Below are positions 7,774 to 16,228 of a stretch of 23,766 nt of DNA, in pieces. Numbering within the stretch: position 1 is the stretch's first letter; each line of letters starts with the position of its first letter. The notes beneath the pieces were generated by a model that was not told the origin of the DNA, did no database searches, and worked only from the letters and a program-made list of their open reading frames with translations. Source of the DNA: Chthoniobacteraceae bacterium (GTDB lineage Bacteria; Verrucomicrobiota; Verrucomicrobiia; Chthoniobacterales; Chthoniobacteraceae); assembly GCA_040081625.1 (NCBI GenBank), contig JBEBGD010000088.1, positions 1 through 23,766 of the forward strand, read 5' to 3'. Both the position numbers and the translations under genes were made by a program.

Positions 7774-8736
7774 TCAGGGCACGAGCACGATCTTGCCGAG
7801 CGCACCGGGCGACATGACTGCGCGGTGCGCTTCCGCGGCGTCTTCGAGCGGAAGTTCGCGGCCGACGACCGGACGCAGCGCGCCGCTTTCCAGCCCGGTT
7901 CGCAGCGCATCGTGGATTGCAGCGAGAACTTCCGGAGGCGCGCCGGAGAGCATCACTCCGAGGATGTCGGCGTTGCGCGCCATTGCATCGCGCGGGTTGA
8001 TCTCGACCGGCCCGCGGCTGCCGATAACGGCGATGCGACCGTTCGGTGCGAGGATCGTGAGGTCTTTGCCGAGGTTCACGTTCGCGAGCATCTCGAGGAT
8101 TACGTCCACGCCACGGCCATCGGTGGCGGCTTTGATTTCATCGAGATACCCGGGCTTGTGGTGATCGAACGCGCGATGCACACCTTGCTCCTCGATGAGG
8201 ATGCAGCCCGGCGCGCTGCCCGCGGTGCCGAAGACGGTGAGCCCCGCGGCGCGCGCGAGCTGGACGGCGGCCAAGCCGACGCCGCCCGTCGCGCCATGCA
8301 CGAGCACCGTCTCACCAGCCGTCGCGCGAGCCCGACGAAAGAGCGCGAAGTGCGCGGTGACGAAGGGTGTGCCGATCGCGGCGCCTTGCGCGAATGAGAT
8401 ATCGTCCGGCAGCGCGTGAACTTGCGCGGCTTTGCAGAGCGCCAGCTCCGCATACGTGCCGCTGAGCGAGCCCGCGACATACACGCGCTGGCCCTCGCGC
8501 CAGCCACTCACGCCTTCGCCGATGTGCTCGATCACGCCCGCGCCGTCCAGCCCGGGCGTGTAAGGCAGCGGCGGTTTCTGCGCGTAGGTGCCTGAGCGGA
8601 TGTAGGTGTCCACCGGGTTCACGCCCGCGGCGTTCACGCGGACGAGCACATGGCCGGCAGCGGGCTCGGGAGCGGGGATCTCCGCGAGTCGGAGTTCTTC
8701 CGGCCCACCAAAGTTTTCGACGAGGATGACTTTCAT
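7774..8736 (-). CDS. qor: NADPH:quinone reductase (zeta-crystallin/Qor, MDR superfamily)
   Basis: Motifs AAGVNPVDTYIRSG, PYTPGLDGAG, VLVHGATGGVG, GVDVILEM, GKIVL. Confidence 0.88.
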   Translation of the reverse strand: MKVILVENFGGPEELRLAEIPAPEPAAGHVLVRVNAAGVNPVDTYIRSGTYAQKPPLPYTPGLDGAGVIEHIGEGVSGWREGQRVYVAGSLSGTYAELALCKAAQVHALPDDISFAQGAAIGTPFVTAHFALFRRARATAGETVLVHGATGGVGLAAVQLARAAGLTVFGTAGSAPGCILIEEQGVHRAFDHHKPGYLDEIKAATDGRGVDVILEMLANVNLGKDLTILAPNGRIAVIGSRGPVEINPRDAMARNADILGVMLSGAPPEVLAAIHDALRTGLESGALRPVVGRELPLEDAAEAHRAVMSPGALGKIVLVP

Positions 8737-8845
8737 TTAAACGGCGATCCAAAAGTGCGGCGAATGCCGGTCGAAAAGTGAAGCACCTGTTGGGTAGCTA
8801 GCGGGCTGGGAGTGATGGGTCAAGGCGGGGGTGGGAGGTCGCTCG

Positions 8846-8882
8846 TGTTCGGCGGCTGAAGCGTGGCGGAGGCCGCCGAACA
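8846..8882. repeat. Intergenic GC-rich inverted repeat (REP-like hairpin)
   Basis: Perfect 11-bp stem TGTTCGGCGGC (8846-8856) / GCCGCCGAACA (8872-8882) with a 15-nt loop, between divergent genes. Confidence 0.6.
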
Positions 8883-8984
8883 GGATCGATGCGCCGGGAG
8901 GATGGGGTGGTTTAGGTTCCCGGGAAGCTTCGCGATTCACCTTCGCAGCTTGTCACTCATCCCACCTTCTCCGATGTTACTCTT

Positions 8985-10253
8985 GTGAATGTCATCCCCA
9001 GCTCGTCTCTGTTGCCGTCGACGCCCAACCTGGCCGACTTCTATGTGGGCGACGATCCGAACCCGCTAATTCCGCCGCCGGAGTTCGCGCAGTGGCGGCG
9101 GGAGTATTCGTGGGCGGGGGCGCTCTTCGAGCCAAAGTTGCTCGGCGCGTCGGATACCCGGGTCCGGCTTGGTTTCGAGGGTCGGGAGATGGAAGCGATC
9201 AATCTTTGCTCGTCCAATTACCTCGGCCTGGCGCGGCATCCCGAGGTGATCGCCGCGGCGCAACGCACGCTTGCGGAGTTTGGCGTCGGCGCGTGCGGTT
9301 CGCCGATCCTCTCCGGCGTCACGGAGTTGCAGCGACAGCTCGAGGCTCGAATCTGCCAGTTTCTCGGGCGCGAGGCGACGTTGATTTTCAACAGCGGGTT
9401 CGGCGGCGCCATGGGCTCCATCGCCGGGGTGCTCCGCCGCGCGGATGCCGCGATGCTCGATGAATACGCGCACTTCAGCCTGCTGGATGGAGCGTTGCTC
9501 GCGGGCGCGAAGCTCGAGCGCTTCAAACACAACGATCCCGATGCGCTCGACGCCGCGCTGCGAAAGCACGACGGTCGCCGCCGCCTCGTCGTGCTCGATG
9601 GGGTGTATTCGATGGATGGAGACATGGCGGATCTCCCGGCGTTGTGCACCATTGCGGAGAGTCACGGTGCGGGCGTGCTCGTCGATGAAGCGCATTCCGT
9701 CCTCACGGTCGGCGCGAACGGGCGCGGGGTTTGCGAGCACCATGGCGTCGAGGCGCGCGCCGGCCTCTACGTTGGCACTTTCTCGAAAGCCTTCGCTGCG
9801 ATCGGAGGATTCGTAAGCGGGAGCGCGGAGACGATAGATTACCTCCGGTTCTACGCCCACACCTACGGCTTCTCCTGCACCCTGCCGCCGGCCACGATCG
9901 CGGGGCTGATCGCCGCGCTCGACGTCGCGACGCGCGACGGCACGTTGCGGCGCCGGCTCGCCGACAACGCCAGCTATTTCCGGACGGAACTCCAGCGGAT
10001 GGGGCTCGATACGGGAGGATCGAACAGCCACACCATCCCCATTATCCTCGGCGACAACCGACCGCTGCTCTACGTCGGCGCCATCGAGATGCGGCGGCGC
10101 GGGTTGCTCCTCGCCGCGGTCGATTTCCCGGCGGTGCCGGAGAGGCGGCTCCGTTTCCGCGCGTCGATCACCGCTGCTCATACGCGTGCCGATCTCGACG
10201 AAGCGCTCGACATCATTCGCGATGTCGTGGCCCGCGGGCTCGGGACCGTATGA
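8985..10253 (+). CDS. PLP-dependent alpha-oxoamine synthase (serine palmitoyltransferase / AONS / KBL family)
   Basis: Motifs NLCSSNYLGLARHP, FNSGF, FKHND, DGVYSMDGD, VDEAHS, GTFSKAF (PLP lysine), FSCTLPP, FPAVP...RFRASITAAH. Start uncertain (GTG 8985, or TTG 9012). Confidence 0.92.
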   Translation: MNVIPSSSLLPSTPNLADFYVGDDPNPLIPPPEFAQWRREYSWAGALFEPKLLGASDTRVRLGFEGREMEAINLCSSNYLGLARHPEVIAAAQRTLAEFGVGACGSPILSGVTELQRQLEARICQFLGREATLIFNSGFGGAMGSIAGVLRRADAAMLDEYAHFSLLDGALLAGAKLERFKHNDPDALDAALRKHDGRRRLVVLDGVYSMDGDMADLPALCTIAESHGAGVLVDEAHSVLTVGANGRGVCEHHGVEARAGLYVGTFSKAFAAIGGFVSGSAETIDYLRFYAHTYGFSCTLPPATIAGLIAALDVATRDGTLRRRLADNASYFRTELQRMGLDTGGSNSHTIPIILGDNRPLLYVGAIEMRRRGLLLAAVDFPAVPERRLRFRASITAAHTRADLDEALDIIRDVVARGLGTV

Positions 10254-10789
10254 CCGCCGATCCGTATGCGGGCATCATCCGTTCGGCCCGGCGCCGGCCC
10301 TTGTGGGAGGCGAAGGCATCGACTCGCGAGGTTGCAATCGGCCGCGATGCGATCGGGCGGATTCTACCGCATCGAGACCCGGCGCTGATGCTCGATGAAA
10401 TCACCGCGATCGATCTCGATCAGCAGTGCATCCGCGCCATTCGAGAGGTCAGCGTGGATGACCCGGGATTCGCCGGCCACTTCCCAGGCGAGCCGGTCTT
10501 TCCCGCGTTCCGTCAGTTTGAGATCGCCGGCCAGGCGGGGATTTGCCTCCTCGATTTCGTGCGGCGCCACTCGCATGAAGTCCCCGCAAATCTCCAGCCG
10601 CGCCGCGTGCGACCGATCAAGGCGCATCACGGGGTGCTCCTCGCCGAGATTCACCCGGGAGACTCGCTGACGGCGCTGGCGAAGATTCTCGTGGACGACG
10701 AACTCACCTCGATCTTCGCCGCGCAGTTGCTCACGGGCGATATTCTCTGCTCACTCCTCATCGTGGAGGTCTGCTTTGCCGATCCCTGA
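10250..10789 (+). CDS. FabZ/FabA-like hot-dog 3-hydroxyacyl-ACP dehydratase with an N-terminal extension
   Basis: ATGA overlap at 10250. Motifs ILPHRDPALMLD and FAGHFPGEPVFPAFRQFEIAGQ (His/Glu dyad as in FabZ). Confidence 0.85.
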   Translation: MTADPYAGIIRSARRRPLWEAKASTREVAIGRDAIGRILPHRDPALMLDEITAIDLDQQCIRAIREVSVDDPGFAGHFPGEPVFPAFRQFEIAGQAGICLLDFVRRHSHEVPANLQPRRVRPIKAHHGVLLAEIHPGDSLTALAKILVDDELTSIFAAQLLTGDILCSLLIVEVCFADP

Positions 10790-12065
10790 TCAGCAGCGCA
10801 TCGTCATCACCGGGATGTCCGTCAATACGCCGCTCGGCGATACGCTGGACGGTCTCGAGGAAGCGCTCTTCGCAGGCCGCTCGGCGATCACACGCTGGCG
10901 CGGGGTGGATACCTCGCGCATCTACACCAAGATCGGAGGCGACCTCACGGATTACGATTTCGCGAAGAAGATCGCGTCGTTGAAAGCGCGCGGCGACGAG
11001 GCCGCGGCGAATCGTTTTCGCGCCCTGCCGAAGCGGCTCCGGTGGAACGTCAGGCTCACCGCGTTGCTCGCGCTGGATGCCTATGCCGATGCCGCGTTCG
11101 AGACGCCGCCCGCGGCGGAACGATTCGCCGCGATCGTGGCCGGTCACAACCTGAATGCCGGCTACACGTTCTCGTGCTTCGAGAAGTTCACGGAAGATCC
11201 GGACTTCATCGATCCATTCATCGGTCTCAGCGTGCTCGACACGACGCATGCAGGGATCGCCTCCGAAATCCTCGGCATCCGGGGGCCGATCCACACCGTC
11301 GGAGCCGCGTGCGCGAGCGGCAACGTCGCCCTGCGAAGTGCGATCGACGAGATTCGGCATCACGACGTTGACGCGGTCCTCGTGCTCGGCGCGGTGATCG
11401 AGTTTTCGCCGATTGAATTGCACTCGATGGCGCTCATGGGCGCGGTTTCGTTTAAGAGTTTCAACGATGAGCCGGAACGCGCGAGCCGTCCGTTCGATGT
11501 GCGCCGCGAAGGTTTCGTGGCGGCGCAAGGGGGTGCGGCCTTGATGCTCGAGAGCCTCGCGCACGCCCGCGCCCGCGGCGCCCGGATTTACGCCGAGGTC
11601 TTATGCGTGACCGCCAGCAGCGATGGCAATCACCAGACGCAGCCATCCGAAGACGGCCAGGCTGCGCTGATGGTCCGGGCGCTTCGCGAGGCGGGGATCG
11701 CGCCGGAGCAGATTGACTATATCAACACGCACGCGACCTCGACACCCATCGGGGACCTGACCGAGATCCGGGCGATCAAGCGCGCGTTTGGCGCGCACGC
11801 TTACGCGCTGAAATTGAATGCGACCAAGTCCATGCTCGGCCATACGTGCTGGGCCTCGCCGACTGTGGAAACCGTGGCGAGCGTCCTGCAAATGCGCGCG
11901 GGCCGGCTCCACCCGTCGATCAACATCGACCAGATCGAGCCCGAGGTGGACCTCGACGTTTGCGCCGGCCGCGTGGTGGACCATCCGGTGAGGCACGTCT
12001 TGAAGAACTCATTCGGCTTCGGCGGGATCAACAGCGTGAGCATTCTCAAGGTCTTCGACGAATGA
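10776..12065 (+). CDS. Stand-alone beta-ketoacyl-ACP synthase (FabF fold, PksF-like lineage) with intact Cys-His-His triad
   Basis: Motifs RIVITGM, TVGAACASG (Cys), SRPFD, INTHATSTPIGD (His), KSMLGHT (His), NSFGFGG. TTG start overlaps the upstream gene. Confidence 0.92.
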   Translation: MPIPDQQRIVITGMSVNTPLGDTLDGLEEALFAGRSAITRWRGVDTSRIYTKIGGDLTDYDFAKKIASLKARGDEAAANRFRALPKRLRWNVRLTALLALDAYADAAFETPPAAERFAAIVAGHNLNAGYTFSCFEKFTEDPDFIDPFIGLSVLDTTHAGIASEILGIRGPIHTVGAACASGNVALRSAIDEIRHHDVDAVLVLGAVIEFSPIELHSMALMGAVSFKSFNDEPERASRPFDVRREGFVAAQGGAALMLESLAHARARGARIYAEVLCVTASSDGNHQTQPSEDGQAALMVRALREAGIAPEQIDYINTHATSTPIGDLTEIRAIKRAFGAHAYALKLNATKSMLGHTCWASPTVETVASVLQMRAGRLHPSINIDQIEPEVDLDVCAGRVVDHPVRHVLKNSFGFGGINSVSILKVFDE

Positions 12066-12835
12066 ACGAGCCGCTCGAAGACAAGAGCGTGCTGGTCACC
12101 GGCGGCACGATGGGTATCGGGCTGGCCACCGGACTCGCGTTCGGTCGTGAGGGCGCGCGCTGCACGCTCACGTATCGGTGGGGCTCGGCGGACGAGGACG
12201 AAGTGCGCGCGAAGTTTGCAGCGGCGGGCGCGCCCGAGCCGCACATTTTCCAGGCCGACGCCGCCAACGAAGCGGACACGCTCTCGCTGCTCGCCGCGAT
12301 GCGCGAGCGCCATCGGGTCGTGGACGTTTTCATCTCGAATGTCGCCGCCGCGACGCCGATCAGGAAGTTTGAGGATTACGAAAAGCGTTCGCTCGACTGG
12401 AGCATCGCCGCGAGCGTGTGGCCGATGTTCGACTATCTCCACCGGATGCGAAAAACCTTTGGGACCTACCCACGCTACGTGGTCGGCCTGTCGAGCGCGG
12501 GCGCGGAGCATTTCGGCCCGAACTACGACTTCGTCGCCGGGTGCAAGAGCCTGCTCGAGACACTCGCGCGATACGCCGCGTATCGCCTGCCGGGGGTCAA
12601 CGTGAACATCGTGCGCGGCGGCCCCGTGGTCACCGAATCGCTGCGGGCGCTCGTCGGGCGCGAATTCGAATCGTTCGTCGAGGCGCATGGCTTGCGCCGC
12701 GCGGTCATGAAGCCGGAGGAGATCGCCGGCGTCGTGCTTGCGCTCTGCAGCGGACTCCTCGACGGGGTAAATGGGCAGGTGCTCACCGTTGACCGTGGGA
12801 TGGGCTTTTCGGAAGGTGCTCCCGCACATCCATGA
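12062..12835 (+). CDS. SDR, enoyl-ACP reductase type (FabL/FabI-like)
   Basis: ATGA overlap at 12062. TGGTMGIG; catalytic Y-x6-K (NYDFVAGCKSLLETLARY) as in enoyl-ACP reductases, not the YxxxK of FabG. Confidence 0.8.
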   Translation: MNEPLEDKSVLVTGGTMGIGLATGLAFGREGARCTLTYRWGSADEDEVRAKFAAAGAPEPHIFQADAANEADTLSLLAAMRERHRVVDVFISNVAAATPIRKFEDYEKRSLDWSIAASVWPMFDYLHRMRKTFGTYPRYVVGLSSAGAEHFGPNYDFVAGCKSLLETLARYAAYRLPGVNVNIVRGGPVVTESLRALVGREFESFVEAHGLRRAVMKPEEIAGVVLALCSGLLDGVNGQVLTVDRGMGFSEGAPAHP

Positions 12836-13113
12836 ATCATCCGATCACCCGCGAGCAGATTGCCGCCGTCATCAAGAAACACGCGATTGAGACGCTCGAT
12901 GGTTTGACCGAGGAGGCGATCGACAGCGCGCAATCGCTGGCGGATGTGGGTGCCAGCAGCCTGGACTTGGTCGAGATCGTGTCGGCGTCGATGCGCGAAC
13001 TCAAGGTGAAGGCGCCACGCAGCGAACTGATGTTGATCGAGAGCGTGGCGGACCTGACGGACCTGCTCTACCAACATGCGAACGCGCAGAAGCCGGCGCC
13101 GCCGACTCCATGA
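12832..13113 (+). CDS. Acyl carrier protein (AcpK-like)
   Basis: 93 aa and acidic. Phosphopantetheine-site region LADVGASSLDLVEIV. ATGA overlaps on both sides. Confidence 0.88.
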   Translation: MNHPITREQIAAVIKKHAIETLDGLTEEAIDSAQSLADVGASSLDLVEIVSASMRELKVKAPRSELMLIESVADLTDLLYQHANAQKPAPPTP

Positions 13114-13772
13114 TCGATCTGACGGGCCGGACCGTCGTGATCGTGGCGGCGAGTGCTCCGCTCGGCGCGGCGCTCGTCGAGGCCTTCGCGTCGCACGGTG
13201 CGCTCGTTGCGGCGGTGGAGGATGAGGGCTTCGACGCGCAATTGGAGGAGCTTGCCAGCAACGGCAGGCACCTCGACGCGCTTGTCCGCGGTGCTCCCGA
13301 AGTTCGCTCGCTCGCAGGCCCCGAGGAGTATTCGGAAGTTCGATTGATGGGTGCGGTATCCGGCGGAGCCTGGCCTGCCATTTCGTGTCTGCTGCGCGCG
13401 AAGTCCGCGCTCGGAAAATTTCCCCGCCACACCGTCGCACTGTCGTCGTCCGCAGCGGATCGCGCCGAACTCGGAGCGGACTTTGCGGCGGCCGGAGGTG
13501 CGGTGCTTGAAACGCTCTGCCGGTATTGGAGCGGGCGACTCGCCACGGAAGGCGCGCATTTTAATCTCATCCGCCATCGCGCGTTCGCTGCTGATCGCCG
13601 TCTTCCGGACCGCCTGATCGCCACTGCCGCGGACGTGGCCAGCGCGGCGGTGGCGCTGTGCAGCGGATGGATGGACCCGATGTGCGGCCAGGTGCTCACG
13701 GTCGATCGCGGCGCGGGCTTTTGCGACAACGTCTTCCGCCAATACGCCGAACGTGAGCAACGCGTTCGCTAG
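13110..13772 (+). CDS. Degenerate SDR paralog of 12062..12835 lacking catalytic and cofactor motifs (probable pseudoenzyme)
   Basis: Shares LETLxRY and ALCSGxxDxxxGQVLTVDRGxGF with the upstream SDR. The Gly motif reads VAASAPLG and the Y/K positions are A/G. Confidence 0.75.
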   Translation: MIDLTGRTVVIVAASAPLGAALVEAFASHGALVAAVEDEGFDAQLEELASNGRHLDALVRGAPEVRSLAGPEEYSEVRLMGAVSGGAWPAISCLLRAKSALGKFPRHTVALSSSAADRAELGADFAAAGGAVLETLCRYWSGRLATEGAHFNLIRHRAFAADRRLPDRLIATAADVASAAVALCSGWMDPMCGQVLTVDRGAGFCDNVFRQYAEREQRVR

Positions 13773-14493
13773 AATCCGGAAGCGATTCGCGCAACGGCCC
13801 GTGCTGCGCTTCTGCCTGCGCAGCCTTTTCCGCTCGCGGATCGTCGGAGCTGTTTGGTGGCGTTCGATCCGGATGCTGTTCGGCCTGCGCCTCGAAGGTT
13901 TGGAGAACGTGCCGACGCGACGGCCGCTGATTTTCGTGTGCAACCACGGATCGAACTACGATGGGATGTTTGCGAAGACGGCAGTTTCCCGGGTGCTCGG
14001 GAGCGAGGTGACGGCGGTGGCTTGGGGCGGCATCCGCGGGTTTCCATTCGCGCATCACGCGATCGAGGCCGGCGCCTTCTCGGTCATCCTCACCGAGGAG
14101 CATGGAGAGACGACGGACGATCGAGTCGGCGTGCTCGAGAAAATGATCGAGCTCCTCCTCCGCGGTCAGAGTCTTTTCCTCATGGGAGAAGGGATGCCTG
14201 GACGAGCCCTCGGGAAGTTCAAGGACGGTGCCGCTTACGCTGCACTGCGGGCGGGCGCGTCTATTGTGCCGATGAGCCTCCGTGGCATCCAACCGCTCTG
14301 GACGGATTTGCCCTGGCCAAACCGCTGGCACGGCAAGGTCAGCATTCGCTTTCATCCGCCCGTGGACCCAGCCGACTACTGCGGGCTCCCCTGGCGTGAA
14401 GCTGTGGACGCCGTCACCGCAGAAGTCCGCCGCCGGGTTGCGTCGGCCATCGATTATCCCGACGGCCTGGCCGCTTCTCCGCGTAGTGCGTGA
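13753..14493 (+). CDS. Lysophospholipid acyltransferase (PlsC/LPLAT family)
   Basis: HX4D motif NHGSNYD; GLENVP; MGEG (PEG block); FKDGAAYAALRAGASIVP. Confidence 0.88.
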   Translation: MSNAFARIRKRFAQRPVLRFCLRSLFRSRIVGAVWWRSIRMLFGLRLEGLENVPTRRPLIFVCNHGSNYDGMFAKTAVSRVLGSEVTAVAWGGIRGFPFAHHAIEAGAFSVILTEEHGETTDDRVGVLEKMIELLLRGQSLFLMGEGMPGRALGKFKDGAAYAALRAGASIVPMSLRGIQPLWTDLPWPNRWHGKVSIRFHPPVDPADYCGLPWREAVDAVTAEVRRRVASAIDYPDGLAASPRSA

Positions 14494-14496
14494 AGG

Positions 14497-15345
14497 TCAC
14501 GGCTTCAGATCCCGCCGGCGAAAGCACCACCAACCGATGCCGATCGCGATGGCGTCGATGGCGAGCAGCGTGAGGTAGTCGTTCGTCAGTCGTTTCCACG
14601 GCACCTGCTCATCGTAAATGTGCGCCCATGCCGAAATCCGGCTGGTGATGAACCAATGCCGGATCTTGAGAAAAAACGGGACCGAACGCAGCATGTTATC
14701 GACGACGAAAATGCCGAGGGCGCCCACTGTCGCAGCGGCGGGCTTCACGTTGAGGCAGGAGAACATGAACGCGATGGCCGTGACCGTGAACATGCTCAGC
14801 ATGAGCAGCGGGAGCGCGCCGAAGAAATAAACCATCATCCCGTCGGCAAACGCGTAGCTGATCGCGATGCTCTCGACATCGTGAAAGACGAAGAGGTTTC
14901 CGGTCCCTTCAAAAGCGAGGCCCAGCAGCATGGCTGATCCGGCCACGAATGTGGTGAGCACGCACGTGTAGAAGACGCACGCGAGGAACTTCAGGACGAA
15001 AATGCGCCCGCGCGAGGTGCGGCTGCAGAGGGTCATCCGCATCGTCCCATCCTCGATCTCCTTCGATACGATGTCGCCCGCGATGAGTGCGAGGTAGAGC
15101 GCTCCCAGGATCGTCAGGGTGTAGTCGAGCGTGTATTGCGCGACGGTTGGCCCGGTGAAGTTGTCTGCGAAAGTGTAGCCCGCCCGCTCCATGTGCTTCT
15201 TCACCAGCAGCCGCGCATCGTCGCGCTGCAGGAGCATGAGGAGCAAAATCTCGAAGGCGAGGAAGCCCGCGAATCCAAGATACGTTCGGGGCCGACTGAA
15301 GAGTTTCAGCAGTTCAAACCGGAACTGCCGGAGAAATAGGCGCAT
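14497..15345 (-). CDS. ABC-2 type transporter permease subunit
   Basis: About 6 hydrophobic segments. Motifs ELLKL, AGDIVSKEIEDGTMRMTL...SRGRIFVLKF, C-terminal FRRRDL. Confidence 0.88.
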   Translation of the reverse strand: MRLFLRQFRFELLKLFSRPRTYLGFAGFLAFEILLLMLLQRDDARLLVKKHMERAGYTFADNFTGPTVAQYTLDYTLTILGALYLALIAGDIVSKEIEDGTMRMTLCSRTSRGRIFVLKFLACVFYTCVLTTFVAGSAMLLGLAFEGTGNLFVFHDVESIAISYAFADGMMVYFFGALPLLMLSMFTVTAIAFMFSCLNVKPAAATVGALGIFVVDNMLRSVPFFLKIRHWFITSRISAWAHIYDEQVPWKRLTNDYLTLLAIDAIAIGIGWWCFRRRDLKP

Positions 15346-15406
15346 CGACTCAGATGCGCCTGCCGGAACTGCGCGTCACGCTTCGAGACTCCACCGCGCC
15401 AGCACC

Positions 15407-15437
15407 CCGCTCGCCCGTCGATGCGACGGGCAGGCGG
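15407..15437 (-). terminator. Stem-loop directly after the stop of the secreted hypothetical gene (possible terminator or stabiliser)
   Basis: CCGCTCGCCCGTCG-ATG-CGACGGGCAGGCGG, 12 of 14 positions complementary. No poly-U tail. Confidence 0.35.
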
Positions 15438-16124
15438 TCACGGCTCAAAATACGTGAAGATGGCCCCCCCGGAAGCCGAGAACATTCCCTTGATGATCAA
15501 ACCGTCCAGATCGGTCGTGACCGTGTCGGCGATCTTGGTCATCTTGCCCTTGATGTCACCGATCACTCCGGTGGCGGTGAGCTTAAAGACGGGTGAGTTG
15601 CGCCCGGGCCCGAATGACCCGGTCGACGAAGCACAGAAGTCCGTGCTTTGGAGGCTATTCTTATTCGTGTCAGCGCCGGGGATGCTCGGATCGGTGGCGA
15701 CGAAAGTTCCCGGTCCAAGCCCGGTCCCCTTCTCTTTGATCACCGACTCATTATCGCTCACCTTCGTCGAAGGCATGCCGCCGGCTGCCAGCACGCAGAT
15801 CGGATGAATCAAGCCGGAGTCGGGCCGGTAAACGACGAGCCTTGTCTCGTTGTGCGTGAAGTCGTCCACGTCCACAGCCAAAACTTCGGTCCTCGGGTTG
15901 AGCCTCGTGTTGATCGGGCGTCCCAGGGCGAGGTTCACGAGTTCCTTGGTGCCGAGCGAAATCTTGGTCACGACCGTATTTCCCCTCGCGTCGAGCTTTT
16001 CGATCTGCACGGGGAAAAGGGCGGATGCCTTAAACAGGTAGTGTCTGCCCTCGACGGCGAACTGCGCACTGGCGCTGGCGAGGGAGAGGGCCAGAATTGA
16101 GAGGAAGAGGATCGAGTTTTTCAT
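15438..16124 (-). CDS. Secreted hypothetical protein
   Basis: Clear Sec signal peptide MKNSILFLSILALSLASASA. Beta-rich, natural-looking composition; no family recognised. Confidence 0.8.
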   Translation of the reverse strand: MKNSILFLSILALSLASASAQFAVEGRHYLFKASALFPVQIEKLDARGNTVVTKISLGTKELVNLALGRPINTRLNPRTEVLAVDVDDFTHNETRLVVYRPDSGLIHPICVLAAGGMPSTKVSDNESVIKEKGTGLGPGTFVATDPSIPGADTNKNSLQSTDFCASSTGSFGPGRNSPVFKLTATGVIGDIKGKMTKIADTVTTDLDGLIIKGMFSASGGAIFTYFEP

Positions 16125-16199
16125 TTTCGTTCAAACAGTTGATTTGAGGCTTTCGCCCGCTCTAAATACTGGCGTGAGCCAGCGATTCCACTACGGTCG

Positions 16200-16228
16200 T
16201 GGATACTTCCCGGACCCGCCTTCGTCAA
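16200..16228 (-). promoter_or_regulatory. Possible sigma70 promoter for the secreted hypothetical gene
   Basis: On the - strand: TTGACG (16228-16223), 17-nt spacer, TATCCA (16205-16200). The -10 box is weak. Confidence 0.35.

Noticed and set aside
8950..8983. Sigma70 promoter TTGTCA...TGTTACTCT for the lipid operon
   Set aside because: The 22-nt spacer is too long and the -10 box abuts the GTG start; it works only as an extended -10 with a later start codon.
8985..10253. Calling the gene bioF, kbl or spt outright
   Set aside because: No biotin, tdh or bCerS/CerR genes are adjacent, and the motifs identify only the family.
10250..13772. Housekeeping fab operon, aryl polyene cluster or complete beta-branching cassette
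   Set aside because: No fabD/fabH/plsX/fabG, no second KS or chain-length factor, and no HMG-CoA synthase or enoyl-CoA hydratase in the window.
16125..16205. Known riboswitch in the hairpin-rich leader
   Set aside because: A GNRA-type hairpin is present, but I see no match to any riboswitch consensus I can recognise.
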